Shown here one piece after another: positions 31,402 to 47,214 of a stretch of 64,000 bases of DNA. The number at the start of each line of letters is the position of its first letter. Position 1 is the first letter of the stretch. Position numbers and translations under genes: made by a program. A model generated the notes under the pieces. That model saw only the letters and a list, made by a program, of their open reading frames with translations, was not told where the DNA came from and ran no database searches. Source of the stretch: an uncultured Acidobacteriota bacterium (GTDB lineage Bacteria; Acidobacteriota; Thermoanaerobaculia; Multivoradales; UBA5704); the NCBI GenBank assembly GCA_963700145.1, contig OY969474.1, forward strand, positions 2,560,001 to 2,624,000. The letters run 5' to 3'.

Positions 31402-31653
31402 ATGGCGACCGAGAAAGTCTCGCTGACGTTGGAGGAAGAGCTCGTGGCGGAAGCCCGCGAGGTGGGTGGCGCGCGCGGCCTGTCGGGTTATGTGAACCGG
31501 GCGCTGCGTCACCAGTTGCAGCGCGATCGCATCACCGGCTTCCTCGCGGAGCTCGAGCAGGAGAACGGCCCAATCCAACCGCAGATCATGGAGGAGGTTC
31601 GCCGAGCATGGCCCGCCCGCGGCGCCAAGGGAACCGCCCGCCGCAGCGGCTGA
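31402..31653 (+). CDS. Antitoxin (RHH, VapB-like)
   Basis: EKVSLTL...LSGYVNRAL; directly upstream of a PIN gene. Confidence 0.78.
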   Translation: MATEKVSLTLEEELVAEAREVGGARGLSGYVNRALRHQLQRDRITGFLAELEQENGPIQPQIMEEVRRAWPARGAKGTARRSG

Positions 31654-32027
31654 TCCTCGACTCCGGAGCGGTCATCGCGCTCGCGCGAGGTGACGCCAGA
31701 GCGCGGGCCTACCTGGCGCGAGCCCTGGAGCTGGAAGCGACGGTCGAGATCCCGGTGGTCGTCGTCGCCGAGACGATCCGCGGCGGGCCGCGCGACGCGC
31801 CGGTTCACCGAGTTCTCAAGACCGTGGGCTCGGTACCCTCAGCGCGAGAGGAGCACGGACGAACGGCGGGAGGGCTCCTCGGAGCGTACCGCTCGACCGC
31901 AACCGTGGATGCACTGGTCGTCGCTCAAGCCGTCGAGGCGGGAGGAGCGCACATCCTGACCGGAGATCGCAAAGACTTGGAACGCCTCGCCAGCCGGCAT
32001 CCCGAAGTTTGGATCCACGCCGTCTGA
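31608..32027 (+). CDS. PIN-domain toxin (VapC-like)
   Basis: LILDSGA, VAET, VDALVVA, LTGD; start uncertain. Confidence 0.85.
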   Translation: MARPRRQGNRPPQRLILDSGAVIALARGDARARAYLARALELEATVEIPVVVVAETIRGGPRDAPVHRVLKTVGSVPSAREEHGRTAGGLLGAYRSTATVDALVVAQAVEAGGAHILTGDRKDLERLASRHPEVWIHAV

Positions 32028-32028
32028 G

Positions 32029-32058
32029 TGAGGTGGTTTGGTTTACCAAACCACCTCA
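32029..32058. terminator. Perfect 14-bp hairpin after the PIN gene
   Basis: tgaggtggtttggt-tt-accaaaccacctca; no U-tract. Confidence 0.5.
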
Positions 32059-32174
32059 TCCCACTTCTCTCCCAGCTCATACAATTTTCCCCGGTCGTGG
32101 AGAACAAATGCTCGATCAAATTGGCCGCAATGCGTACGATTTTATACTGCCTGGACATCGCTAGAATCACCTGC

Positions 32175-32233
32175 GCCTAACGTTATTCGCGTGAGCGGCA
32201 GCGTCAGCCGTCCGTTCCACGCGCTGGGTAAGT
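32175..32233 (-). mobile_element. attC-like site (59 bp)
   Basis: Minus strand: ACTTACC-5nt-CGTGGAAC...GCTCACG-8nt-GTTAGGC, with one extra base in the left L box. Confidence 0.72.
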
Positions 32234-33145
32234 GATGTTGGTGAAGTGGTCCCATAGCTCCCAAAGGGGCAAGAACCCGCGTCTAGAAGTCTCGATCGCG
32301 GTAACCGTTCGTTGGCCGCTAGCTTCAGGCGACTGCAAGCGTGCGTACATCTGATACCCATCTTCGCCTGGGGGAGGTAAAGTTACAGCAGCATAGTGGT
32401 TGCTCTCGGCGTCGAGACGAAGCATGACCATAAAACATTGAAACTCGACTGGCCGGCTGACGACAGTTACTACGGGCATTGAGAGTTCCGAAGGTATCGG
32501 CTCCTGAAGGCGCCAGATTATTCCATTGAACACGCCGGTGTGATCGAACGGATTCTGGATTTGTCTATTCACACTCTTCCCGCTTACATCCAGGACATAA
32601 CGGTAGCCAAAGCATCGAAACATCAGCAAGTAGGCGGCTCGCACGAGGCCAGCCAGACTGCGCATTTGGTTGTACCCAAAGTTCAGTGTGAAGTGTATCT
32701 CGTGCTGCCCGGTCAGTAATTCTTGGTGCGCAGCTGCGAGCTTTCTGGGGTCTGATTGCCTAGGAATGCGCATGATATCTAAGAGGTCAGACTCTGACCG
32801 CGGAAGGTGCACCTGCGCGCCGAACTCACCTTTGCCTATTCGAACCCGTGCAGGAAGACGGTACCTTCCCGTCTCGGCTCTAACTCGCTGGATCAGATGG
32901 GCGTCCAGCTCACTTCCCTGTTCGTTATTACACCTGCGACAAGTGAGAGTAACTAGGCGTCCTCCCAGTTGTTCTGGAACGATGTGCTCCTCAGCTACGA
33001 CATCGCGGAGTGGAGTAGCCCGCTGGATGACCTTATAACAGAGTGGACAGCCAAAGTGTCCCTTGAATCTGGGGGCGTAGCGCTCCAGATCAGCCGAGTA
33101 TCCAGTGAAGAGCCTCTCAAGTTTGGATGGCACGGTCACTGCCAC
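32204..33145 (-). CDS. HNH endonuclease-like protein (gene cassette)
   Basis: CPLC...EEHIVPEQLGG...CRRCNN; low GC; GTTAAGT core overlaps the GTG start. Confidence 0.8.
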   Translation of the reverse strand: MAVTVPSKLERLFTGYSADLERYAPRFKGHFGCPLCYKVIQRATPLRDVVAEEHIVPEQLGGRLVTLTCRRCNNEQGSELDAHLIQRVRAETGRYRLPARVRIGKGEFGAQVHLPRSESDLLDIMRIPRQSDPRKLAAAHQELLTGQHEIHFTLNFGYNQMRSLAGLVRAAYLLMFRCFGYRYVLDVSGKSVNRQIQNPFDHTGVFNGIIWRLQEPIPSELSMPVVTVVSRPVEFQCFMVMLRLDAESNHYAAVTLPPPGEDGYQMYARLQSPEASGQRTVTAIETSRRGFLPLWELWDHFTNITYPARGTDG

Positions 33146-33339
33146 TTAACCTCTGTTTCTACGACTCACCGAAGGTCGGCATGGCGGCATAGGCGACACG
33201 TACTTCGCCTATGCTCGGCTGCCAAGATCCAGGGCGCGCAAGTTCTGGCCCTGAACCGGTTAACGGGAGCATACACTTGGGGTAATGGGCTTCTGCGGCG
33301 CGGCAGGGGCGCCTATGCATCCGCGGTAAAGCGGCGCGG

Positions 33340-33762
33340 AGCCGAACCGAGTGGGTCGGCGGCCGATGGGTTGGGTTGACCGCCGAATGGACTGGGCCGG
33401 CGGCCGAACTGAATGGGTCGGCGGCCGAATGGGCTGGGTCTGCGGCCGAATGGGCGGGGTCTGTGGCCGAATGGACTGGGTCTGCGGCCGAATGGGCTGG
33501 GTCGGCGAACGAATGGGCTGGGTCTGCGGACGAATGGGCTGGGTCGGTGACCGAATGGACTGGGTCTGCGGACGAATGGGCTGGGTCTGCGGACGAACCC
33601 ACTGGGTCGAGCTGCCGACCCAGCCCAATGGGCCGGCAACCCGTCCCAATGAGCCGCCAACCCACTCAAATGACCTGCCGATTCACCCCGATGGGCGCCC
33701 GACCCACTCCATTGGCCGGTCGACCCAGCCAGTCGAGCCGCCGACCCTCGCCATTCGTCGCC
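33340..33762. repeat. 21-bp-period tandem array with central polarity switch
   Basis: gaatgggctgggtctgcggcc-like units, then gacccagccc-like inverse units after ~33605. Confidence 0.85.
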
Positions 33763-33778
33763 TGATCCCGTCCAGCGG

Positions 33779-36649
<2,871 letters not shown>

Positions 36650-36679
36650 CGTAACAGAGGCGGCAAGCCCGGGATTTCC

Positions 36680-38791
36680 CTAGAACGCCTCGTCCAGCCC
36701 TCCGCAGTAGGTGCCCGCCGGGTTCCTGTAGGTCTCGACGGCGCCGGTCGTCGTGTCGGTCACCCGCAGCGTGTACTCCAGGTTGCTCAAGGCCCCCCAG
36801 ATGACCAGGATGCGGTTCCCCTGGTCGAGCACCTTGACCAGCAGCTCGACGTTGCGCGGGTCGGTGTAGGCGAAGCTGCCGGTCTCCTCGGTGAGCGGGA
36901 GGGCGATGCCGCGGCCGGAGGAACCGTCGAACTGGTTGCGCCAGTCGAGCTCGACCTGGAAGCGGGCGTGAGACAGGCAGAGGCGGTCCCTGCCCTTGGT
37001 GCAGCTCCCCACCTCGTGCGGCTCGGCTGCGAAGCTCATCTCCGCCGGGGGGGCGAGTGACGTCCTCCCGGAGATGCCGCGGCCGCGGGCCGCGGCGTCG
37101 AAGACCTGCGGGCTGAGCAGCGGGGCCGCACCTGCGGTCGAAGCGCCCGCGAAGCTGTCCAAACCGCCGCAGTTGTTCGGGCCGTTGCGATAGCGCCGCA
37201 CGAGGCCGGTCTTGACGTCCACGACACGGATCGTGAACTGCAGGTTGGTGAGCTGGCCGTAGAAGAAGCGGACCTCGTTGCTGAAGGGCAGCACCTTGAC
37301 CATCAGCTCGAGGTTGCTGGCGTCGCCGAAGTGGAAGTAGCCCGAGAGGTTGCCGGCCGCGACCGCCCGCCCCTCGCCGCTCGTGCCGTTGAACTGGCTG
37401 GTCCAGTCGACGTCCACGTAGTAGCGGTTGCCGAGCAGGCAGAGGTGGTCCGGGCCGGGGCGGCAGGAGGTCGGCACCGGCTCGCTCGCGGCGCGGCCGG
37501 TCGGCCGCACGACGAAGAGCCCCTGCTCGATGCCGCTGACGATGACGTTGCCGCTGGGGAAGAACGGGTAGACGTTCCAGGCGCCGCTGTAGCCGCTGGC
37601 GTCGTCCTGGGGGACGATGTCGAAGTAACCGAGCTCCTCCAGCCGTCCGGCGCCGATCTCCGCGACGTCGAGGATGCGCAGGCCGGCACGGTAGTTCGCC
37701 TGGAAGAGGCGCCCCTGGTAGATGTACTGGTTGTGGTCGGTGGCGGCCGTCGTCGCGGTGTAGGTCGCGAACTGCCGGGGCGCCGTCAGGTCGGAGAGGT
37801 CCCACAGGTACGTGCGGGTGTTGTGGTTGCGCTGGAACTCGTCGAACTCGTCGTCGAGCACCATGTGGCGGTGGTCCTCGGTGAGCCAGGCCTGGTGGGC
37901 GAAGCCGTTGCCCTCGTAGGTCTGCGCCGCGAGCAGGCGGGGCGCGCTCTTGTCCGAGACGTCGACGATGACCAGGGCGCCGGCGCTGCTGCCGAAGCAG
38001 ACCTCGTGGCCGCTGAAGCGCGTGTCCGGACCGCGATAGACCACGCACTGGGAGTCGTGGACGTAGGAATGGGTCGGGTGGGTGTAGCAGCCGGCGAAGG
38101 TCAGCACCGGGGCCCGGCGCGCGTCGATCATGTTGAAGCCGCCGCCGCACTGGTCGGAGCCGTTGGCGTAAACGAAGCCGGTGTCCTGGTTGACGGTCAC
38201 CGTATGGACCCGCCCGACCGTCTGGTAGCGGGCGGTGGCGGTGAGCAGCTGGCGCGCGCCGCGGAGGCGGCGGAGCTGCGTCAGGTCGTAGACCTGGATG
38301 CCGTGAGGCCCGACGCCGTCGGCGCCGATGAGGGCGAAGTTACGGTAGACGTTGACCTCCCGGTTCCCAGCTCGGGTGGTGGCGCCGGGCAGGTAGCCGA
38401 CGACCCGCGGGCTCGCCGGGACGGTGATGTCGACGAAGGAGGTCCCTTCGGCCAGCGGCACGATGGCGTACTCGCGCCGGGTCTGCGGGTCGGTCCAGCC
38501 CCAGATGCCGCGCGCCCGGTCGTCGGGCCGCGGGCTCAGCTCGCCCAGCGGCACGAAGCTCTGGAGGTCGACCCCGCGGCAGGGGTAGGGCCCGGCGAAG
38601 CCGTCGCGGCAGGCGGTGGCGCCGAGGGCGGCCGGTGTCGCGAGGAGCGGATCGCCCTCGCCTCCCGCGTGGTCTCCGTGCTCCCCGTGCGGCGCGACGA
38701 CGGCCTTGGGGCCGGACGCCGCCGCGGCGGCGGCGAGCAGGCCGAGCGAAAAGGCGAGGCGGAGACGGCGGCGCAAGACGGCTGACTTCAT
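36680..38791 (-). CDS. Choice-of-anchor B-like secreted beta-propeller protein with two C-terminal repeat domains
   Basis: CRDGFAGPYPC, IWGWTD, YVHDSQC, GAWNVYPFFPSG; duplicated LCL...NxELxVKVL...YRN domain. Confidence 0.82.
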   Translation of the reverse strand: MKSAVLRRRLRLAFSLGLLAAAAAASGPKAVVAPHGEHGDHAGGEGDPLLATPAALGATACRDGFAGPYPCRGVDLQSFVPLGELSPRPDDRARGIWGWTDPQTRREYAIVPLAEGTSFVDITVPASPRVVGYLPGATTRAGNREVNVYRNFALIGADGVGPHGIQVYDLTQLRRLRGARQLLTATARYQTVGRVHTVTVNQDTGFVYANGSDQCGGGFNMIDARRAPVLTFAGCYTHPTHSYVHDSQCVVYRGPDTRFSGHEVCFGSSAGALVIVDVSDKSAPRLLAAQTYEGNGFAHQAWLTEDHRHMVLDDEFDEFQRNHNTRTYLWDLSDLTAPRQFATYTATTAATDHNQYIYQGRLFQANYRAGLRILDVAEIGAGRLEELGYFDIVPQDDASGYSGAWNVYPFFPSGNVIVSGIEQGLFVVRPTGRAASEPVPTSCRPGPDHLCLLGNRYYVDVDWTSQFNGTSGEGRAVAAGNLSGYFHFGDASNLELMVKVLPFSNEVRFFYGQLTNLQFTIRVVDVKTGLVRRYRNGPNNCGGLDSFAGASTAGAAPLLSPQVFDAAARGRGISGRTSLAPPAEMSFAAEPHEVGSCTKGRDRLCLSHARFQVELDWRNQFDGSSGRGIALPLTEETGSFAYTDPRNVELLVKVLDQGNRILVIWGALSNLEYTLRVTDTTTGAVETYRNPAGTYCGGLDEAF

Positions 38792-38876
38792 GGCGAGCTC
38801 CTTGCCGCCCTCACGGGAACCAGGACTTCAAACCAGCAGGGCTCCTATTCTACGCCGCTCGGCCCGTCTCCGCCGA

Positions 38877-39956
38877 CTAGGGCTCGGGCGCGGCGGCAGG
38901 GGAGCGCAGCCACGCCGCAGCCGCGGCGGCATCGTCGAGGCGCTTGGTTCCCGCGCATCGCGTGTCGCGCTGCGTGCGGCGCGCCAGCGCCTCCAGAGCG
39001 TAGGAGCGTGTGCCCAGCTCGCTCGGCCCCTTCTTCGGCGTCTTCTTCGGCGTCAGATACCCCTCGAGCCGCGCGAGATCGGCAGGCCCTCCGAGCGCCC
39101 CGGCCATCAGCACCATGCGCTCGCGTACCCACCACCAGTAGTCGGCGTCGAGCGGCAGCGTCGTGAAGAGGCGCGAGAACTCGGCGTGGGCGGCGGGCGG
39201 CGGGGCCGACGCCGGCGCGCCGTCCGGGCGCGGGAAGGCGTCGCGCACGATGTCGGCCGCGGCCGCGGCGCGCGCGTAGCGGCCGGCGGCGCGCGCTGAC
39301 GCGTAGCCGGCCCATTCCTCCGCCACGCGCATGCGGTACCTGCCGGCCTCGATCACGTTCGCCACCGCGACGAAATCGTGGGTCGTCGACCCGGAGACGC
39401 TGCCGGCGATCCCCCCCTCCACGCCGTCGTCGTCGCCTTCGCGCTCCTGCCGCGGATCGGCGACGAACTTCTTCTCGTAGACGCGGACGAAGAGCGCCGC
39501 GCGCGCCGCCCGTGTCGCGGCGCGGACGGCCTCGGCGGGCACGCTCCAGGTCGCGCAGTCCACCAGCGAGAGCGGCGCCGGCGGGCAGGACCGGTCCTCG
39601 TCGTCCCCGAGGCGCAGCACGCACTCGGTCGCCGACGCGCCGGCGCCTTCCGCGCTGACGTGGAGGAGCCGAAGGTGCGAGCCCGCCGGCTGCCCGTCCG
39701 AGCCGATCACGACCATCGCGTGGCCCGCCCCGCTCAAGACCGTGGCGGCGACCGGCTCGCCGCGCTCGGCGGTCTCCCCCGCGGGCGGGTCGGCGCCCCA
39801 CTCGGAGCCGCCCCCATCCTCCAGGATGATCTGGCGCACCCTCTCGGTGACGGGGTCGGGGCCCGCGGGCGCCGGCGCCGGCTCGGCACCCGACGCCGGG
39901 CCGCACCAGGCCGTGACGAGCACCGCCGCGCGGACGAGGGCCTGCCTCATAGCCAC
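38877..39956 (-). CDS. Hypothetical secreted protein
   Basis: Signal-like N-terminus; host codon usage; fills the gap between neighbours. Confidence 0.6.
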   Translation of the reverse strand: MAMRQALVRAAVLVTAWCGPASGAEPAPAPAGPDPVTERVRQIILEDGGGSEWGADPPAGETAERGEPVAATVLSGAGHAMVVIGSDGQPAGSHLRLLHVSAEGAGASATECVLRLGDDEDRSCPPAPLSLVDCATWSVPAEAVRAATRAARAALFVRVYEKKFVADPRQEREGDDDGVEGGIAGSVSGSTTHDFVAVANVIEAGRYRMRVAEEWAGYASARAAGRYARAAAAADIVRDAFPRPDGAPASAPPPAAHAEFSRLFTTLPLDADYWWWVRERMVLMAGALGGPADLARLEGYLTPKKTPKKGPSELGTRSYALEALARRTQRDTRCAGTKRLDDAAAAAAWLRSPAAAPEP

Positions 39957-39980
39957 GAGGCCCTCATTCTACGCCGCCGC

Positions 39981-43254
<3,274 letters not shown>

Positions 43255-43288
43255 GGACGCATATACGAGCCCGGGCGCCGGGGGTTTG

Positions 43289-44272
43289 CTATTTGCTCGG
43301 CTGCCAGACGAGCTTCCCTTCGCGGTCGATGTAGCCGCGGGCGTCGCCGACCTGGACCTCTGCGAGGCCGCCGTTGAAGTCGAAGGCCTCCTCGTACTGC
43401 GGGTTGATGACGATCTTGCCGTCCTCGTCGACGTAGCCCCAGCGGCCGCCGACCTTGACCCGCGCCAGCCCGTCGGCGAAGGGGGCGACCGACTCGAACT
43501 GCGGCGTGATCGCGAGCTTCCCGTCCTCGCCGACGTAGCCGCCGCGGTCGCCGACGCCGACCGAGGCCAGCCCCTCGGAGAAGCTGTAGGCGTTGTCGAA
43601 CTGCGGCGCGATGACCACCTCGCCGTCCTCGTCGATGAAGCCGTAGCGGCCGTTGCTCTTGACCAGAGCCTTGCCCTCGGCGAAGGCGAAGGCCTCCTCG
43701 TACTGCGCCGGGACGGCCATCTGGCCGTCGCGGTCGATGAACCCCCAGCGCCCCCCGACCTTGACCGCCGCGCGCCCCTCGGAGAACGGCTGCGCCTCGT
43801 CGAACTGCGGGTTGATGGCGAACTTCCCCTCCTCGTCGATGTAGCCGTGGCGGCCGCCCACCCGCACCCGCGCCAGCCCCTGCTTGAAGTCGCCGGCGTC
43901 CTCGAACTGCGGCGGGATGACCACCTCGCCGTCGCGGTCGAGGTAGCCCATGCGCTCGCCCTCCTTGAAGGCGGCGAGCCCCTCGTAGAAGCTGAAGGCG
44001 TCGTCGAAGCGCGGGTTGATGGCGAAGCGCCCCTCCTCGTCGATGTAGCCGTAACGGCCGCCGATCTCGACCACCGCCAGCCCGTCCGTGAAGCCGTAGG
44101 CGCGGTCGAACTGCGGCGGGATGACCACTTCGCCCTCGCGGTCGATGTAGCCGACGCGCCCGTTCTGGGTGACGGCGAAGAGGCCGCTCGGGTTCTTCTC
44201 CGAGCGGCGGTCGCAGCCGGCGGCGAGGAGCAGCGCCAGCGCGGCGCTCGCGCAAAGTGTTCTTTGCTTCAT
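43289..44272 (-). CDS. WG-repeat lipoprotein
   Basis: LAAGC lipobox; repeated GYIDxxG...PQF...FxEGLA. Confidence 0.9.
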   Translation of the reverse strand: MKQRTLCASAALALLLAAGCDRRSEKNPSGLFAVTQNGRVGYIDREGEVVIPPQFDRAYGFTDGLAVVEIGGRYGYIDEEGRFAINPRFDDAFSFYEGLAAFKEGERMGYLDRDGEVVIPPQFEDAGDFKQGLARVRVGGRHGYIDEEGKFAINPQFDEAQPFSEGRAAVKVGGRWGFIDRDGQMAVPAQYEEAFAFAEGKALVKSNGRYGFIDEDGEVVIAPQFDNAYSFSEGLASVGVGDRGGYVGEDGKLAITPQFESVAPFADGLARVKVGGRWGYVDEDGKIVINPQYEEAFDFNGGLAEVQVGDARGYIDREGKLVWQPSK

Positions 44273-44389
44273 GAGGCCTCCCTCCCAAAGCGGCCCGGCG
44301 CCGTAACGCCGCGCCCCTGCCGCGCGCCGATGGTGCCGGCGCGCCCGAAGAGGTTAGGCTCTTCGGCAGCGCGACTCAAGAGACCCCGA

Positions 44390-45841
44390 ATGCCGCGGAA
44401 CCTCGCCTTCTACGTCGTCGTGATCCTGCTCTTCGGGGCCGGGATCCTGGGCATCCTGCGCCTCGGGGCGGACCTCCAGCCCGCCGCGGCCCCGGCCGTC
44501 CCGGCCGCCGCGGCCGCGGGCGCGCCGGCTACCGCCCCCGCCTCCGCCGGCCTCGCCGGGACGGTGCGCGAGAACCTCCACCATCCGTTCGCCATCCTGC
44601 TCCTCCAGGTGCTCGTCATCGTCGTCGCCGCGCGCCTCCTCGGCGCCCTCTGCCGGCGCATCGAGCAGCCGCCGGTGATCGGCGAGATGATCGCCGGCAT
44701 CCTGCTCGGGCCGTCGCTCCTCGGGACGGTCGCGCCGGCCGCCCACGCCTTCCTCTTCCCCGCCGACTCGCTCGGCGCGCTGCGGCTCCTCAGCCAGATC
44801 GGCGTCGTCCTCTTCATGTTCGTGGTCGGCATCGAGCTCGACGTCCAGCACCTGCGCCGCCGCGCCGACGCCGCGGTCCTGGTGAGCCACGCCAGCATCG
44901 TCCTGCCGTTCTTCCTCGGCACGGCGGGCGCGCTGCTCTTCTACCGCGCCCTGGCGCCGGCCGGCGTCTCCTTCACCCCGTTCGCCCTCTTCATGGGTGT
45001 CGCGATGAGCATCACCGCCTTCCCGGTGCTGGCGCGGATCATCGAGGAGCGCGGGCTGGCGGGAAGCCACCTCGGCAGCATCGCCATCGCCTGCGCCGCG
45101 GTGGACGACGCCACCGCCTGGTGCCTGCTGGCCGTGGTCGTGGCGATCGTCAAGGCCGGCGGCGCGGCCGGCGCGGTGCCGACGATCGTCCTCACGCTGC
45201 TCTTCATCGCCGCCATGCTCTTCCTGCTCCGGCCGTGGCTGGCGCGGCGGGCGGAGCGGCGCCAGCCCCTGGAGAACGGGCGCAGCGCGGGGCTGCTCGC
45301 GGTGGTCCTCGTCTTCGTCTTCGCCGCCGCGCTCTTCACCGAGGTGATCGGCATCCACGCCCTCTTCGGCGCCTTCCTGGCCGGCGTGGCGATGCCCCCC
45401 GACCCCGCGCTCCGCCAGTTCCTGCGCGAGCGGATGGAGACCTTCAGCTCGGTCTTCCTGCTGCCGCTCTTCTTCGCCTTCACCGGCCTGCGCACGCAGA
45501 TCGGCCTCCTCGACGACCTCCGCGGCTGGCTCCTCTGCGCCGCGATCATCGGCCTGGCGATCGCCGGCAAGCTGGGCGGCAGCATGATCGCCGCGCGCTG
45601 GACCGGAATGGGCTGGGGGGACTCCTTCGCCCTGGGCGCCCTGATGAACACCCGCGGCCTGGTCGAGCTGATCGTCCTCAACCTGGGCTACGACCTCGGC
45701 ATCCTCTCGCCGCGCATCTTCGCCATGCTTGTCCTGATGGCCCTCGTCACGACCTTCATGACCGGGCCCCTGCTGAACCTCCTCGCCTGGTGGCGGCGGC
45801 GCACGGCGCCCGAGGCGGAGGCGGCGCGGGTCGCCGTCTGA
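44390..45841 (+). CDS. Cation:proton antiporter (CPA2)
   Basis: GILLGPS, SITAFPVLARI, DD motif, MNTRGLVEL. Confidence 0.92.
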   Translation: MPRNLAFYVVVILLFGAGILGILRLGADLQPAAAPAVPAAAAAGAPATAPASAGLAGTVRENLHHPFAILLLQVLVIVVAARLLGALCRRIEQPPVIGEMIAGILLGPSLLGTVAPAAHAFLFPADSLGALRLLSQIGVVLFMFVVGIELDVQHLRRRADAAVLVSHASIVLPFFLGTAGALLFYRALAPAGVSFTPFALFMGVAMSITAFPVLARIIEERGLAGSHLGSIAIACAAVDDATAWCLLAVVVAIVKAGGAAGAVPTIVLTLLFIAAMLFLLRPWLARRAERRQPLENGRSAGLLAVVLVFVFAAALFTEVIGIHALFGAFLAGVAMPPDPALRQFLRERMETFSSVFLLPLFFAFTGLRTQIGLLDDLRGWLLCAAIIGLAIAGKLGGSMIAARWTGMGWGDSFALGALMNTRGLVELIVLNLGYDLGILSPRIFAMLVLMALVTTFMTGPLLNLLAWWRRRTAPEAEAARVAV

Positions 45842-45850
45842 CGGCGAGCG

Positions 45851-46246
45851 CTAGAGGCTGAGGAACAGGAACACGACCCACAGCGCCAGGAAGAGGGCGG
45901 GGATCACGTAGGCAAGCATCAGCGTGCTCGAGATCGGCCGGTGACCCGCGAGCGTCTCGGCGTATTCGCCGGCCAGGCTCGCGACCCGGCGCTTGAGCTG
46001 CTTGAGGAGCTGGTACTGGCGTGCCTGCACGTACGCCCAGATCAGGCTCATCAGCACACCCAGGGTGCTCATGATCCGCAGCAAAAGCGTGTCTCGCGGC
46101 TGCGCGCCGAACAGAAAACCCGTGATGGCGACCAGCACGGACTGGATCACGAGGAAGAAGTTGAGCCGCTCGTTGAAGATGAGATCGTCGTGCAGCAGGT
46201 GTTGCCACAAGCGATCGACCGAGAAGTCACGCGCTTCGGCGCCCAT
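45851..46246 (-). CDS. Small three-TM membrane protein
   Basis: AAGGAGG RBS; three hydrophobic segments. Confidence 0.65.
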   Translation of the reverse strand: MGAEARDFSVDRLWQHLLHDDLIFNERLNFFLVIQSVLVAITGFLFGAQPRDTLLLRIMSTLGVLMSLIWAYVQARQYQLLKQLKRRVASLAGEYAETLAGHRPISSTLMLAYVIPALFLALWVVFLFLSL

Positions 46247-46314
46247 CGGCTTGGCCCTCCTTACGAACGCTGGCTGAGTGGACTTCTCAGGATAGCAGGG
46301 GCAGAATCCCTCGC

Positions 46315-47067
46315 GTGACGACCTCCGCGACGCGGAAATGCTTGGTGACGGTCGGCGCCCATCCCGACGACGCCGCGATCTTCTGGGGCGGCACCATCGC
46401 CAAGAGCGTCGACGAGGGCTGGCGCGTCATTTCCGTCATCGTCGATCGTGGCGCCGGAGCCCCGGTGTCCTCGGGTCTCGAGGGCGCCGACCTGGCGCGC
46501 GTGCGCGCCGAAGAGCTCGTGCGCGAGGCGTCGCGCTTGAAGGCCGAGCTCGTCCATCTGTCGCTCGGCGGCCTCCAGGATCCGGAGCATCAGAGATCGG
46601 CGCGGGAGGACCTGGAGCGGGTGCTGGCAGAGGCGCTGCCGCAACGCGTCATCACCCACCATCTGGAGGACAAGCACCCGACGCACGTCCTGTGCGCTCG
46701 GCTGACGCTCCAGGCACTGGCGCGGCGGGCGCGCAACGGCGAGACCGCGCCGGAGATCTGGCTGGCGGACGGTTGGGACCCGGTGAGCTCGCCGGACGTT
46801 TACGTCGACGTCACGCCGTACTTCAACACCAAGCTCGCCGCCATCGCGCAGCACAGCAGTCAACTCTTCGACTCGTCCTACATCGTCGGGTCCCTGGGAC
46901 TGGCGCTGTATCGCGCGTCGTTCGCCGAAACGCACGCGGTCTCCGATCCGAAGCGGGTCTTCGCGGAGGCATTCCGCACGCTCTCGCCCCGGGAGCTGCA
47001 GCGCTTCGCCGAGGAAGGAGAGCTGGCGCAGGCCACCGAAGCCGCCGCCGCCCCACTCGGCGGTTGA
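46315..47067 (+). CDS. PIG-L/LmbE family deacetylase
   Basis: AHPDD, RAEE, HPTH, KLAAIAQHSSQ. Confidence 0.88.
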   Translation: MTTSATRKCLVTVGAHPDDAAIFWGGTIAKSVDEGWRVISVIVDRGAGAPVSSGLEGADLARVRAEELVREASRLKAELVHLSLGGLQDPEHQRSAREDLERVLAEALPQRVITHHLEDKHPTHVLCARLTLQALARRARNGETAPEIWLADGWDPVSSPDVYVDVTPYFNTKLAAIAQHSSQLFDSSYIVGSLGLALYRASFAETHAVSDPKRVFAEAFRTLSPRELQRFAEEGELAQATEAAAAPLGG

Positions 47068-47214
47068 CGAGGACCTCGAAGCAGCGTTCAGGGATCTGCC
47101 AAGTTCGAAGGGCAGCTCGGTCCCTCGAGGGCGTGTTTTGGCACCTTCCCCTTTGAGGGAGCTGCCGCATACGGCGCAGCTCGGCCCGTCAACCGTTCCT
47201 CAAAGGAGACCCGC

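Noticed and set aside
33150-33340. attI site or integron integrase
   Set aside because: No tyrosine recombinase ORF; the attI resemblance is too weak.
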